This document shows positions 32,001 to 48,453 of a stretch of 64,000 bases of DNA, piece after piece. This DNA comes from the human T2T-CHM13v2.0 reference genome, Homo sapiens. Made by a program: the position numbers and the translations under genes. The stretch lies in the NCBI RefSeq assembly GCF_009914755.1, contig NC_060945.1. One strand, given 5' to 3'. Every line of letters begins with the position of its first letter. Positions within the stretch are counted from its first letter, which is position 1. The notes under the pieces are model-generated. The model made no database searches. It saw only the letters and a program-made list of their open reading frames with translations, and was not told the origin of the DNA.

Positions 32001-33010
32001 TAAATATGCCTCGTTAACTGATTAATGAAATGTTTATAATTGCAAATTGTAAGTTAGATTGAGGCAGATGAATAGATAAATGCATCTATTTGAAATGTAC
32101 TTCCTATTGAATTCACCTAGGCCTTATGTGGGGCTTCGTTAATAATAAATTTTCAGGTAATTCAGGGTGATTTTCTGCCCTGTGCCCAGATCGTACTCAC
32201 TGCCAGCTTTAGTGACTGAAATGAGCATCGTTCTCCACCTCTACCTTCACCACATTAACTCAAAATTGATGTTTTTGCTCATTTTTCCAGAATGGTGCAA
32301 TCAGCAGGTGATCACCTCAGGAAGAAAACCAATGTCTTTATTCCAATTGTTTTTATTTTTCCCAGACTCCTAACAACTATGGCTTGTGGAAACATATGGC
32401 CTATACACTCACTATGAATGTTCGTTGAATTTCATGAATATTCCTCCCTTTTGCACCTATTTTCTTAATAATCCCTTTGAGACTTCAGCCCTCATTTGTT
32501 TACTTAGCATACATGCCATAAGGGCCGGCTAAACACAGCCATGACAGGATGTTCCGCAGGAAAGCCTGTTCTACACGAGAGACAGATAAACATGACATTT
32601 CATTGAATGCAACAGAAAGAGTACTGACCTGGTGTTTTGAACAAAAGAAGCAACGATTACTCGAGTGGAAGGAGGAGAGGTCGTTTGAAATGGTTTTAAA
32701 GATTAAGTGGAATTTTCTCAAATGTTTCAGGTTGACATAGCATTTTAGGCAAAAGGGAAAATTTGAAGAAATAACATGGAGGTTAATTTCTCTTTCTTAA
32801 AATTTAACATAAGTCAAACTATGTCATGACACCTACTCAGAAAATTGGGTAAATTAAAAATCATTCCTAATGAAGATACTGAAAAAAAAATTTTAATTGG
32901 TATCAGAAAAATAAAAGGTAAATAATGCAGATAGAAAAGATCCTCTTGGGAGAAAGCAAGTAGATAAAACAAAAAATACCTTGGTGTTGAACACTTCAAA
33001 TGAATTTAAA

Positions 33011-35842
<2,832 letters not shown>

Positions 35843-37844
35843 TTCAAATGTGTTCTAAAGCAAGAGATGGATACAGTTCAGGGTATGTAGCTATTTACTT
35901 TTGTGCCCATTATAGCTTTGTGACACTCTGGAATTTTTCATAAATTTACCTTGCCTTTCTTGAAATATGCCTACAAAGGAATATTGAAGAAAGTCATAGG
36001 ATGTTTGTGAAAAGAGTATAAAGTGTGTGGGAAGGACGGGAGAGAGTTGCACCTAATTGATAAAGGTTTTCTCTGAAATAAATTCAAAAACTGGTTACAA
36101 ATGTTATGAAACTTGCTTAAATAAAGAAGACTTGAGTTTGAATCTGGGTGCTTTCCATATCCTTGACTTGAGCCCTTGAGTAAAGTATAATTCTATGTAT
36201 TTAAAAAAACAATAATAATACCTGTCATACCCAATTTCCTCGGTCAGTTAAGTATTTATTATGCACTCTACTCATTTGTACATTCTAACTGAGCCTTATA
36301 ATAGGTAAGTGTGGTATGTGTATACACTCTAGATCAGAGACATCTAGTACCCCACAGATGAGTAACAACCTTCAAATATTCACCAAGAGCCTGCAGGATA
36401 ATCCAGTAGACCCTACCTTACCATAATCTGTGTCTGTATTTTGCAACTCATGATCCCTTAATCTCAACTTTGACTCTAACTCCCTTGCCTTCAAAGTCCA
36501 AATGGGCATGTTTCTCCATGTCTGTCCTTACTTTCTATCTCACCCTCTTGCCATGCACCCAAAGCTGAGGAAAGAGATTCACACCTCATCTCACTCCAAA
36601 CCACATCCCAGTTGGGGCAATAGGTACAGAGCTGCTGTGGAGTGGTCAGAAAACTACAGAATGACAGGGGCCACAGGTCCTAAAATGGTCACATCCCAGG
36701 AGCTCATTTTCTAATTGGTGACATATAAACAAATAATTATAATTTATGGATTTGACATTCATGTTTTCAAAATATATATCTAAGGAGAATGTGGATGAAG
36801 TAATTATGAATGAATTGCTTCTGAGAGGGAGGAGAGGTGTCAGGACTCCAGGTCAAGGAAGTAAAAGTGCCAAAGCACCAGGGCAAAGAACATTGTGTGT
36901 ACAAGCAACTGAATACATTCTTCTGATAAGGACAAAACAGATAATTCCTACAATTATTTTCTCCAAGTAAGTATTTGGGGAAAAAAATGGGTTGGGACAT
37001 TAGTTAGGAGATCAAATTACTGTACAGAATTACAGTAGCAGATGAGATGAATAGATCATTGACAAGATGAAAGATTACCAAATGACTTTCTTTCAGAATG
37101 CAACCAAGATTAAAAATTTAAAGACTGTTCATGGTTTTGTAATTTCTCCAGCATCACTTATTAATATAAGAATCAAAGACTAGGACAGAGGATAGGCAGG
37201 AACAATGAGGTCAGAGGCCAGATTTAATAGAGGATAATGAAAAAGATTAGTAAAAATATAGGAACTGGGGACAGGGAGAGGTTTCTTGTTTCAAATTATG
37301 TGAATATGGATGCACCTTATAGGCTCTAACACCCTGCGCAGATGGGAGGTATTGTTTTCATTATTAGTCCAATAATGTATATATGTTTTCTTAAATCACT
37401 TCGAAAACAGCTATAGGTGACAACCAGGTAAGGAAAGAACATACATAGGACATGTGCGTGCATTCCAGTTCAACAAAACCTTACAAAGTGTCTAGAATTA
37501 AGACCTACAACTTATTCTAGAGAAGCTTATTATCTACCACAGGAGACAAATATAAGCAGAGAATTCCAAACTAATATGCCAAGAACTACATAAAAAGTGA
37601 GGATATGCATTTAGTCCAATCTTCCTAGAGGAGATGATGCTGAGGAAATTTTAAAATATAGGTAGGATTTGGTCAGAAAGCTAGAAGGACATTTCAGGCA
37701 GAGGGAACTGCATGAGAAAAGGCCAGGAGACTGGCAAGAGCATTTAGCTAAGTTACTGAATCCAAGAAATACTTTGCACTATATATTCATACTGTTTATA
37801 AGATGGAGAAAAGCCTAGAAGAAGGAACATCATAAATTATTGTT

Positions 37845-38247
37845 CAGGACATCTTCACTTCTCTGCTTCTTCCCTCCGGGAATATAGTATATTTCACTGT
37901 CCCACTGATTTTAGGATTAGCCATATGATTAACTGTGACCTACGGAATGTTAGCAGAAGGAGTGTGAAAACATGAATTGTGCTTGCCTGATGGCTACTTG
38001 CTCTCTTTCCCCTCTGCCAGTGCACGAAGATCATGCTCTGACTAGCCCACTGCCCCAAGGAGAATGGAAAACATGGGGAAGAGTCCATCTAACCCACAGA
38101 CTTGAGGTCTGGAAGCAAACCCAGCTAAGTCTAGCCTAGATCTGCTCACCCTAAGCTGGCTGGTAGACATGTGAGTGATTTAAATGATTCATATTTTAAA
38201 CCTCCCAATGTTAGAGCAGATGTTATGCAGCAACAGCTGCCTATACG
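37845..38247 (+). mobile_element. MLT1I-like MaLR LTR
   Basis: ggaatgttagcagaa...cccaaggagaatggaaaacatgg...agacatgtgag...tgttatgcagcaacagctg. Confidence 0.7.
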
Positions 38248-38462
38248 TTGCTGAACATAGCTGTCTGTTGAAGGAATACAAATATTTTTGAATTTATTAT
38301 ATTTTGCTTCACAGTATCTGCAAATTTGTTGATTACTTTTGTATTAAAGAGAATTCTACAAAATAAATCATATATATAAAATATTATTTATGAAGTGAGA
38401 ATGTCTCTAAAATTATGTGTTATATTTCCTCTTAAACAATTGTCAGTCATTAACTTTATCTT

Positions 38463-38697
38463 CGTTTGAATGAATTTTGTTGTGTATACTTAATGTATAA
38501 AACATGATGTTATGAGATACATATAGATAGTAAAATAGTTATTAGAGTGAAGCAAATTAACATTATCTCACATAAGTATTCATTTCCCCCCACCCACCCA
38601 TGGCAAGAGCAACTATAATCTAATCGCTTAGCAAAAATCCCAAATACAATACTCTATTATTAACTATAGTCCTCATTTGTACATTAGATCTTTAGGT
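38463..38697 (-). mobile_element. L1MA9/10-like 3' end with TSD
   Basis: aaacatgatgttatgagatacatatagatagtaaaat...taactatagtcctcat; TSD TCATTAACTTTAYCTT at 38447-38462 and 38698-38713. Confidence 0.82.
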
Positions 38698-41097
38698 TCA
38701 TTAACTTTACCTTGAGGGTTGTTTTATGTGACTGTACCGTCATTATCAATTGTCTTTGATAGCCCACAGGTGGTGAACTAAAATCTTCTTTATTCCTAAG
38801 CCTTCTTTTCAGTACATTGTTTTGGTTACTGTCTCAGGAAAAGAGAAGGCCCAGGTGGGAAGCAGAAAAAAACAAGTTTTAGCTACAGGGAGATTTGATT
38901 TAATATACTTAGACAATTATATAAAAGTCCTTACTACCGTGGCTGATGTATAGTAATAGATGATTAAGAAGTATTTAGTTCATTCTCACAGCCTCCCCTA
39001 TTCCCATTAGCCAGTTTTGGAAAATCTCCCTTTAAGGTTTTCAAGTTCATGATCATTTGCATTTTGATGATGGCCAAGGTAAATCGAGCTGTTTCTGTAT
39101 TGGTGCAATTAAGAGAAAAAAAGTCAGAACAATCCTGGCTTTTTGGATTTTGATGAAATTTTCAGTCTGTTTTGACATTTGAGTTTCTGATTTTCTGTGA
39201 TCTGTCATTTATGAGTGCTGCAATGAATAAGTGAGAGCTATTAAACAGCTGCACAATTTGGGGGACTTTTCACAGCCCAGTTGTAGGACTCAGCAGGAGA
39301 TCAGTAAGGATTAGACACAAAGAAACAGGCATTTTAATTTGAGTAATATTAACATTCACAAACTGTCATATTATGGAAATCACTGGGAGTGTGTGTGCTC
39401 TGCTATTGAAGCAAAGGCAGAAAAAACAACAAGAGGAGCTTAGAATTTGCAAGATGTCCTCAATGGCTGGAAGATGATACAGTCAGGTGAGCCTGAAAAG
39501 TGGCATTCGGGAGGAACAAATTTGGGACTGAAGGAGACACTTAGGGGAATCCCCTGAAAACTTCCGGTTCTCCAAAGCACCTTTGTCCTATTAAAAGACC
39601 TCTCTGTGAAGAGGCTGCTATATCCTGGTCCTGGGCAGTAAGCTAGCAATGTTTCTCTATTGAGGAAAGGACAGTTTGGAGACACAAGGAAGTATAAGAA
39701 ATCCATGACACCGTTCCTCACTTCAGGGATTCTCGAAACTATTTATACACACAGGAAGCTACACTGAAACAACAACTGAAGTACACATGAGGGAATACCA
39801 TGTAAGCGAACTTAATACAATCAGTATAGCTTAATCTAGCTCAAATTTCATTTTAGGATTTTGTAGCAGTAAAGTTATCAAAAATATCAAGCCAGGCTAC
39901 TTATGAATAACCCCTTGTAAGAAATCAACTTTGAGATGAGTTTTGACAAAAGCGAAGGATAAGGATTGGTGTAGACGGTGAAAAATGCGTGAACAAGAAA
40001 ATGATAATAATAAGAGCATTTCTAATAGTGCGAAGACAAAACCAGAGGGTGCAAAGAAGGAAAAAAAAAGATGTAAATGCGACAAAATCAATCTTGTGCA
40101 ACCTCACACATTGGTGATACAGGTTTAAGCTTTTGTGAGGGCCCAGTGACCACTAATCTGGTAACACCTCTGCTAAATGCAATCTCTTCTCTGCCCTGTA
40201 ACTTCTGAAATCAAAAACTCATGTACAATTCCACAGGGGAGACCCACTTAGAAGCAGAATTGAAGGTCGCCAGAGTTATATGGTAGATATGAGGTGTGGT
40301 AAGGGGTCAAAATGACAATAACTGGACTATTCTGACTGGTGAGGTGCCAATTAACGACACCCATCTTTTAATTGTAGTTTACTGGTAAGATCATCGAGAA
40401 AGGAGAGCTCATGTCTACTGTTTTGTAATATATATGAAGAGAACACTGTAAATAACCTTCTCTTAATCTCACAAAAATCCCTCTCCTCCCCACACCAGCA
40501 TGAAAAATCAGCTTCATCCCCATGCACAATAGCCACCAAAGTAAAACAAGCCTTTCTAGTTGATAACGAAAGAGAATATAGTTTGCTCCTGAACTTACCC
40601 AAAAGAAGTGCTGAAAAATTGTGAATATATAAAATTCTGATAAACCCTTTCTGTATTTCCAGTTTAATTTTATGATGATATCAGTTCTTTTGTCTTTATT
40701 TTCTATTATTGCTTACTCATCCCTCAGCATTTTGGACTTTAGGGTCTTTGTCTCTTATGAGCTGGAAAATCATCATTTGACACCTGATGCTTAAATAAAC
40801 CTGAAGAGGAGTCATTAAAGGAATCTCTCCAAAATGCTAAGACTCACTGATATATGTATCAAAGAGTGAGATTTCTAAGAATTAAACATATCCTTCTTTT
40901 CTTTATTTTATTATTACTTTCATCATTATGTTTGGGATTCTCTGATATTAGTATGTACTTATTGAAGGCAGATGCTTATATTCTTCAATATTCTTCAATC
41001 TAATGATATATGAAGCAGCAAAGTTATTAAGCATGTTCATGAAGGAGAAATACAAGCAGTGCCAAAACAGTCTTGGAAAATAGAATTGACCTTTCTA

Positions 41098-42035
41098 ATT
41101 TTTGCAATCTATCCATCTGACAAAGGTCTAATATCCATAATCTACAAGGAATTTAAACAAATTTAAAAAAAACGTTAAAAACTTGGCAAAGGACATGAAT
41201 AGACACTTCTCAAAAAAGACATGGCATTTATGCAGCCAACAAACATATGAAAAAAAGCTCAACATCACTGATCATTAGAGAAATGAAAATCAAAACCACA
41301 ATGAAATACCATCTCACGCCAATCAGAATGACGATTATTAAAAAGTCAAGAAACAACAGGTGCTGGCAAAGTTGTGAAGAATTACGAATGCTTTTAAACT
41401 GTTGGTAGGAAAGAATGCAAATTAGTTCAACCATTGTGGAAGATGGCGTGGCAATTCCTCAAAGATCTAGAACCAGAAATACCATTTGACCCAGCAATCC
41501 CATTACTGGGTATATACCCAAAGGAATATAAATCATTCTATTACAAAGATACATGCACATGTCTGTTCCTTGAAGCCCTATTCACAATAGCAAAGACATA
41601 GAATCAACCCAAATGCCCATCAATGATAGACTGGATAAAGAAAATGTGGTACCTATACACCATGGAATACTATGCAGCCATAAAAAGGAATGAGATAATG
41701 TGCTTTGCAGGGACGTAGATGGAGCTTGAAGCCATTATGCCCAGCAAACTAACACAGGAACAGAAAACCAAACACCACGTGTTCTCATGTATAAGTGGGA
41801 ACTGAACAATGAGAATACATGGACACAGGAAGGAGAACAAAACACACTGGGGCCTGTCAGGAGGTGGGGTAGGGGGAGGGAGGGCATTAGGAAAAATAGG
41901 TAATGCACGCTTGGCTTAATACCTAGGTGATGGGTTGATAGGTGCAGCAAACCACCATGGCACATGTTTACCTATGTAACAAACCTGCACATTCTGTACA
42001 CGTACCTCAGAACTTAAAGTAAAATTTTTTAAATA
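41098..42035 (+). mobile_element. L1PA8A/L1PA10-like 3' fragment
   Basis: ORF2 C-terminus and 3'UTR (ggcttaatacctaggtgatgggttgataggtgcagcaaaccacc). Confidence 0.9.
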
Positions 42036-43944
42036 ACATTTTTATAGTTTAATGATTTCTGAAAATTAATAAAGCTTCTATATCCTGGAAAAAGTACCAC
42101 CTCTCATACTTCAGAGTAAAATATATTCTTAGTAAAAAAAAATCTATTACTTCAGAAAACTTAAGTAGTGAGGCTAGAAAGACAGCGATTTAGGAGAGAG
42201 GAGTCATTATTCAAGAAATTTTGCGACAGTAATCACAGAGTATCAGTGGCAAGATGTACAGTGGGATAGGAGACAGAAAGGGAATATGGCAGAGTAGAAT
42301 AAAGTCAAGAAGAAGGAATAACAAGATGAAATGACATAACAAGATGGTAACAATAACAGTATCAAATTATGATTCTGTTTTGTGGGGTGAGTTTTCCTGG
42401 CCAGACCCCTGTCCTTCCCCTAGGAACTTCTCCCACAAGTACTTCTGCCCTGACCTCACCTGCACATCACTTCTGTGTTAGGTTCCATGCATCCTGCTCT
42501 GATGATAACAATCCCTTGCCTTATGGTTTCGAGAGATCTTGGATTATTGATTAATTGGCCAGAATTTATACTCTTCAGTTAACAATCCCATATATTCTGT
42601 GAGGCCTTATGTTTCTTTCAGTCACTGCCATATAAAATTCCCTGCTCAAATCACCTCAGCCTTTTTTTTGTATTTCTTCTTTTCTTTCCCCTTTCTTTGG
42701 CCCTGAATTTCTACACACATTTCAAGCTCTATACCTTTGATTTCGCCCTTTCTCCCAAGTACAATTATTCATTTTTCACAAACCTAAATCCTCCACTACT
42801 TTCAGAGAAATGTAGAAAATACTAGCCAAATTTTCTCTGTCTCCTTGTTCAAATTCCTAGTTCAGTGGGTATACAAGCTCATGCTGACCAACCTACATTC
42901 ATGGGTCTGTTTCGCATCCCATTCATTCTGTCTTGGAGAGAAGGAAGAGAGTTCTACGTGCGTATGTGTATGTGTGTTGGGGGAGTATCCCGTCTCTACA
43001 TGGGGCTGCTATTTAGTCAAATCTCTAGGTGTGAGGTTCTCACATAGACAGGACTGTGGGCTATTAGTGTTCTTACCCATAACTCAAAACCTTTGCTTTT
43101 TATGTTTCTGTGCCTTTACACAGGGTATCAGCTCCTTGACTCTTACCTCTTTTCAGTTAGTAGAGAAACGCTTTTCCTCTAAATCAGTTTGCCACATCGG
43201 GGTAATGATGAACAAATGAATTCAGTTCTTTCTATGAAGTACCATATCCAGGATCATGTAGAATTTCCATAACGGAGGAAGGCATACATATTGTTTCTAG
43301 AGATAATACATTTTGGCTGGATATAAAAGCGCCATCAACCTTAATCTTGAAAAATTCTGGTTTGGAGCCAACGACCTTATAGTATTGTGCCTGGTTTAAT
43401 CCAACCAGGCAGTGAGACAGATTATAACCTCTCACTTGGATTTTTCTTATTTTTCAGTGAAGCTCAAATGCCTTCCAAGGAATGCTGAGCATTAACAAAT
43501 GATCAATATATATTATTATTTCCAAAAAAAGTACTTGTAAGCATCATACACATCTTTCCTTTAAGTAATATATTTTTAACTTTCTTTATGATTCTTCTAT
43601 AGGCTGGAATGCCTGTCTGCATTAGTAACAAATAGGAGGTGTTTGTCTGAACATAATTGTCAAGTCAGGCCTTCCCCACATATACTTTGAAAAGCCCAGT
43701 ATCTATTGATTTTATGTTTTGCAGCATCTTCACTTTCCTACCCCAAGCAAGTCTTCCCTCATGAGACTTGTAGAAATTTCAGTTAAACTTTTTGGTTTTA
43801 CATTGCTGTAAATGCTCGAATACGTAATATGTTACTTGTTTTCTCCCATCAAAACCTATTTTCCTGCACATCTATTAAATGTATATCAAAGCCAATTTGT
43901 TTCATTCCAAAGTTAGCTTTAAATTTAATCTTGATAAGGCACAT

Positions 43945-44290
43945 TGTTTTTAGTCAAATCAGGCTGTGATAACAAAATGCCATCGATGGAATGGCTTATA
44001 AATAATGGAAATTTATTTCATTTATTTCACGCAGTTCTGGAGGCTGGAAGTCCAAGAACAGGGTACAGCGTGATTGGTTTCTGAAGAGTGGCCTCTTCTG
44101 GGTTGCAGACCTTTGCCTAACTGTTGTATTCTCACATGGTGAAAAGAGGGCTTGAAAGCTCTCTGGGGTCCTTTATATTAGGCCACTAATCCCATTAATG
44201 AGGGCTCTGCTCTCATGACCTAATTACCTCCCAAAGGCCGTAACTCTTAATATTGCATGTTGGAGGTTAGGATTTTAATATATGAATTTG
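43945..44290 (-). mobile_element. MLT1A/MSTD-like MaLR LTR
   Basis: gcagttctggaggctggaagtccaag...ccactaatcccattaatgagggctctgctctcatgacctaattacc. Confidence 0.85.
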
Positions 44291-45239
44291 GGGGAATGCA
44301 GCCCATTACATACAAAGCACTTTTAGAGGAAATACCTTTTTCTCCAGGAGAATTTTCTGATTTATTTTTTAAAATTTTTAGTACTTTGATTCTCATATTT
44401 TCTCATTATTTTAATAGTGTCTATGATGTAGACTACAGCATAGTCTTCCTACCAGTTAGATGATCCTTTACATCTTATAGGTAAAATCTCAGAATTATGC
44501 TATATTGTCATAAAGGGACAATGGAGTTTTGGAGCCACTAAGGCACTCTTATGCCTTATCTAATTTAAATTGATGAGTTAGTTTCTCCTACAAATTCTCT
44601 ATGGCATACTAGAAATTACATTAAATTGTAAGTCAAACCCCAATGATTTGGCTACAATTAAGAAAGCCCACTCACACCACTAAAGTGTGTGACACAGAAT
44701 ATTGTTTCATCTTTGTGTAATTGTAAAATTGGAAAGAATCTTAGATGTCCTCCAGCCCAGAGGTTTCAATCCCTTCTCCCCAGGGACTTCAGGGGGTATA
44801 TTCTTTCCTAGGGAGGGGCTGGTGTTGAGAAGATGCAACTTTCCTCCCCTAACTCCATTTAATCAGAGGCCACTAATTCGTTCTGTTTTACAAATTGGTA
44901 CAATCTGAGTATCTTCCCCAATTCTCTGTCTCTGTTCTTCAGCATGAGAGGCTGTGTATCAGATAATATTTTTTACTCAGTTAAAGCATCTGAATCCCCA
45001 CCCTGAATGACTATAAGAAAAATCCATTTGGAATCATGTTTCTCTATCTTAGTATTTTCAAGAATTTCCAGAGGATGCTTACATATCTCACAATTGTGCT
45101 GTGGTTTTGATTTACTGTCTTATCATAGACATCTCCTCCAAACTATGACTTCTTTCAACATAACTCTATCTCAAACATGGATTCAGTGCAGTCTCAGTAC
45201 TTCTGAAAGTAAACACTGAGAATACTGTTTAACAAAACT

Positions 45240-46261
45240 TTACTAAAGGTTTGTGAGCCATTGAGTTTTCCAAGCCTCCCAAAGACATTCCAAGGGCATG
45301 TTAGCACCATATGTTAGTGTTCTTGACAGTGTGTTAAATGCTGTATCCTGAAAAAGCATATCCATAAATTTTCCCTTTTCTGGCTTTATTTCCCACCCCT
45401 CTTAATCTTCCATCCTGAGAATGTAATCCCAATATCCTATCCCATGTATTTTACATTCTCTTTCCAGTACATCTGAGCTAGGTCTTGTATCTCAGGTCTC
45501 CACTAGTGCAATAATACACTTAGTTATTTGGCTTAACTTTAGTTAATTGTCTTAGTGGCCAGGACATATGGTAGACACAAATGCTGAGGGGGACATCTGC
45601 TGTCTTACGCGGTAGTGCCTCTGTGTCACCTTCAAGCCAGGCTACTCTTAAAGGAGTGGTGGGCACTTCTGCAGGCTCAAAGGGTCCAGGAAATCTGAGG
45701 GGACCAGATTTTCAAATGCATCAAACAAGTGTCTTCATCCAATAACTTTGGGTCTCATTTATTGCAGCCAGGGCCCTACTCTTGTCATGGCAGACCTAAC
45801 TAGTTGGGGAATTTTACTTTCTCTGGAGGTCTGCTGTCCTTAGTTCCTGAGCCTGATCCTCAGCCTTTTCTGTCCTCCAGCTGCAAGAAATAGGAATCTC
45901 TCTTTGTGTTTCCAAAGAGTTCCTTTGGCTTTCACATTTAGCCTTTTATTGATGGTTAATCTTTTTCAGTCTTTCATTTTTGCTTCCCACAGCATTAATT
46001 GCCCCCAGCAAGTACTGTCCAATACCATTGCCCTTATAATAACTACTTGCCTCATTTACCTCTAAAGATTAATACCCCGTACCTAATATTGCATTTCCTT
46101 CTACCAGTATAGCATCCCAGTTTACCTATGATGAAAGCTTTATAATTTCCATCTTGTGTCACAGAATCTTTGTTCTCTACCTCATTGTCCACTGAATAAT
46201 GGGTGATCCAGCTTCAAAATCTCATTTAACCTCTCCATTTTCAGACCATTCTCAGATCAAC
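45240..46261 (-). mobile_element. ERVL internal remnant (HERV16/ERV3-16A3-like): leader and degenerate gag
   Basis: Minus strand reads MRF*SWITH from 46225 and later WDYILRMED*EGWEIKPEKGKFMDM...QDTAFNTLSRT...GANMPLECLWEAWK, typical of ERVL gag; abuts the LTR. Confidence 0.75.
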
Positions 46262-46705
46262 TGTCAGGCCTACTTCTGTAGTAAGTAGGCTCAGATGACA
46301 TTTAGAAAATTGAGGGTTCATTAAGAAATGCTCTTGGGATCAACAACTGTGGGAGAAGGAAACAAAAGCAAATTGAGGTGGTGTGTGAAATCACAACAAG
46401 CCCTCAGCCAAATTTACAGGATGCTCTGAAGCTGGCAAATATCTTCAGAATTAAAGAAAGGGGTCAAGCCTTTAATATGCCATGATTAACCAGTCATTGG
46501 TTGCAAGCTACCACCTCTCCCACAGGGAACCCAATCCCAGAGAAGGGGTATGATCTTGAATGAGGCAGCTACTGTCCATCGAGGACAAGTTTCCAAATGG
46601 GTAGACAGCTAAGAAATTTTAACCCTCAACCTTTGGGATAACTGAGGAATAAATCCTTTAGTCTTAAAGTGGAGATCTGAGTGGCAAAGGCCGCCCTCCA
46701 TTGCA
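46262..46705 (-). mobile_element. LTR33-like ERVL 5' LTR
   Basis: tgctcttgggatcaacaactgtg...ccctcagcc...gctctgaagctgg...accagtcattgg...gaggaataaatcc. Confidence 0.75.
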
Positions 46706-46719
46706 GAAGGATTAAGTAC

Positions 46720-47790
46720 TGATGAGGACATGTCTAAAAGATGCAGGAACCAGTTTGAAAGAGGCTCACTAGTTAATTTTTGGCTAATGTAAATATCAAA
46801 AAGAATAATGATGACAGTGAGTTTTCAAATATTGAATGAGAAAATAATTTGACTAAATATATTCTGAATACGTTTAGTATATCCATCGGTGTCCTGAAAA
46901 GAAGAGTGGATGGAAGCTCTTTTTTGTAGAATAATGCCAGTTCCTTAATGTGAAATGACCAAATTAAAAGAACTAGATCATTTTCAAACATCAATGTATG
47001 AATTGATTTAGTTATCAATAGTTGCAAAAACCTTTAGCTGATAATTTGTTGAGGATCAGGATTTCACATACATTACAAAGTATCAACATACAGAATACAC
47101 ATTAATGACAAAGGGGAAGAAAACACCTTTACAATGGGGGGGTGTTGTAGATACTACCTTAACCGAGAGATCAAACTTGACATCACCAATAAGAGAAGGA
47201 AAAAAAAAAACAGACTTCATTAGCTTTCTAATTTAATGCAATGGGAAGTACATCTGTATTATTCTTGACAAAATGTTTAACTTGAGTCTGATCATAGGAA
47301 GCAATTTGACAAATCTGGATTGTGAGTGAGCTTGTAAGACAACCAGCCTGGATTATTTAAAAATATCAGAATCATGAAAACAAAGTGTAAAGAGACTGTC
47401 CTAAATTAAAGATGTTTTTAAAAATGACAAATATACTATGAGATCATTAATCAGATCCTGAATTGAGCATAAAAATAGCTAAAAAGAACATTGTGGGCTC
47501 AACTGAGTAAATACGAGTATAAATTATATATCAGATATTACTGTATCAATATTAAATTTTCTGAGTTCGATCATGCATTTGTGATTATATCATGGCTACC
47601 TACTAAAATACTAAAGGACCAAGTGTTGATATTACCAATGTACTTTGCAAAGAATTTCTTGAAAAAAGACATGGAGAGAGATGGCAAAGTGTTAACAACT
47701 GGTGAATTGTTAACATAAGTAAAGTTTCTACAGGTATTTATAATATTATTCTTTTAATTTTCTATTAGTTTTATTTTTTAAAAATATATA
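46720..47790 (+). mobile_element. Old L1MC/L1ME 3' fragment
   Basis: taccttaaccgagagatcaaacttgacatcaccaataa...tatcaatattaaattttctgagt...ggcaaagtgttaacaactggtgaat. Confidence 0.6.
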
Positions 47791-48190
47791 TATAGGGGAA
47801 AATTCTAAAGTTAAATTTAACCCAAGTCCTAATCTAATGTCTGCAAATCTATTAATAAGATCTGTGTTCATGAACTTTAACTGTGTTTTGAATTCCGATT
47901 ACAGCCTTCTCTATACCAAGCCTTTTCTTTCTAGCATTACAAGCAAAGTGGTTTTTAAGAAAAAACACATAAAGATACCACATTTGTTTTAACTATGTTT
48001 CTATGACTCCGATCCAGGTCCTTTTTTTAACAGTTATTTTCACCCTGACGAATTCCTACAACTGTCAAAATGAAATCTCAACCTTATTTTCACTAAATGT
48101 TTTCTTTTTATATCTCTTATGTTTCAGAAGACTACTTCCATTAACTGAGACTTCTTCCATTAACTGAACTGAAAGAGGAGACTTGAACTA

Positions 48191-48257
48191 CTCTCTCTCT
48201 ATATATATATACACACATATATACGTGTGTGTATATATATATATATATATACACATA

Positions 48258-48311
<54 letters not shown>
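48191..48311. repeat. Compound (CT)n/(TA)n/(CA)n microsatellite with pure (TA)~23
   Basis: Alternating purine-pyrimidine run 48200-48311; uninterrupted TA 48264-48310. Confidence 0.97.
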
Positions 48312-48312
<1 letters not shown>

Positions 48313-48330
48313 TTTTTAATAAAACTTTGT

Positions 48331-48453
48331 AGCTGGGTATGGTGGCCATGCCTGTAGTCCCAGCTGTTTGGGAGGCTGAGGTTGGAGGATTTTGAGTTTG
48401 AGTCCAGCCTGGGCAACATAGGGAAACCCCACCTCTTAAGAAAGAAAAAAAAA
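48331..48453 (+). mobile_element. FLAM_A-like Alu monomer
   Basis: Single monomer with gagtttgagtccagcctgggcaacatag and A tail. Confidence 0.8.
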
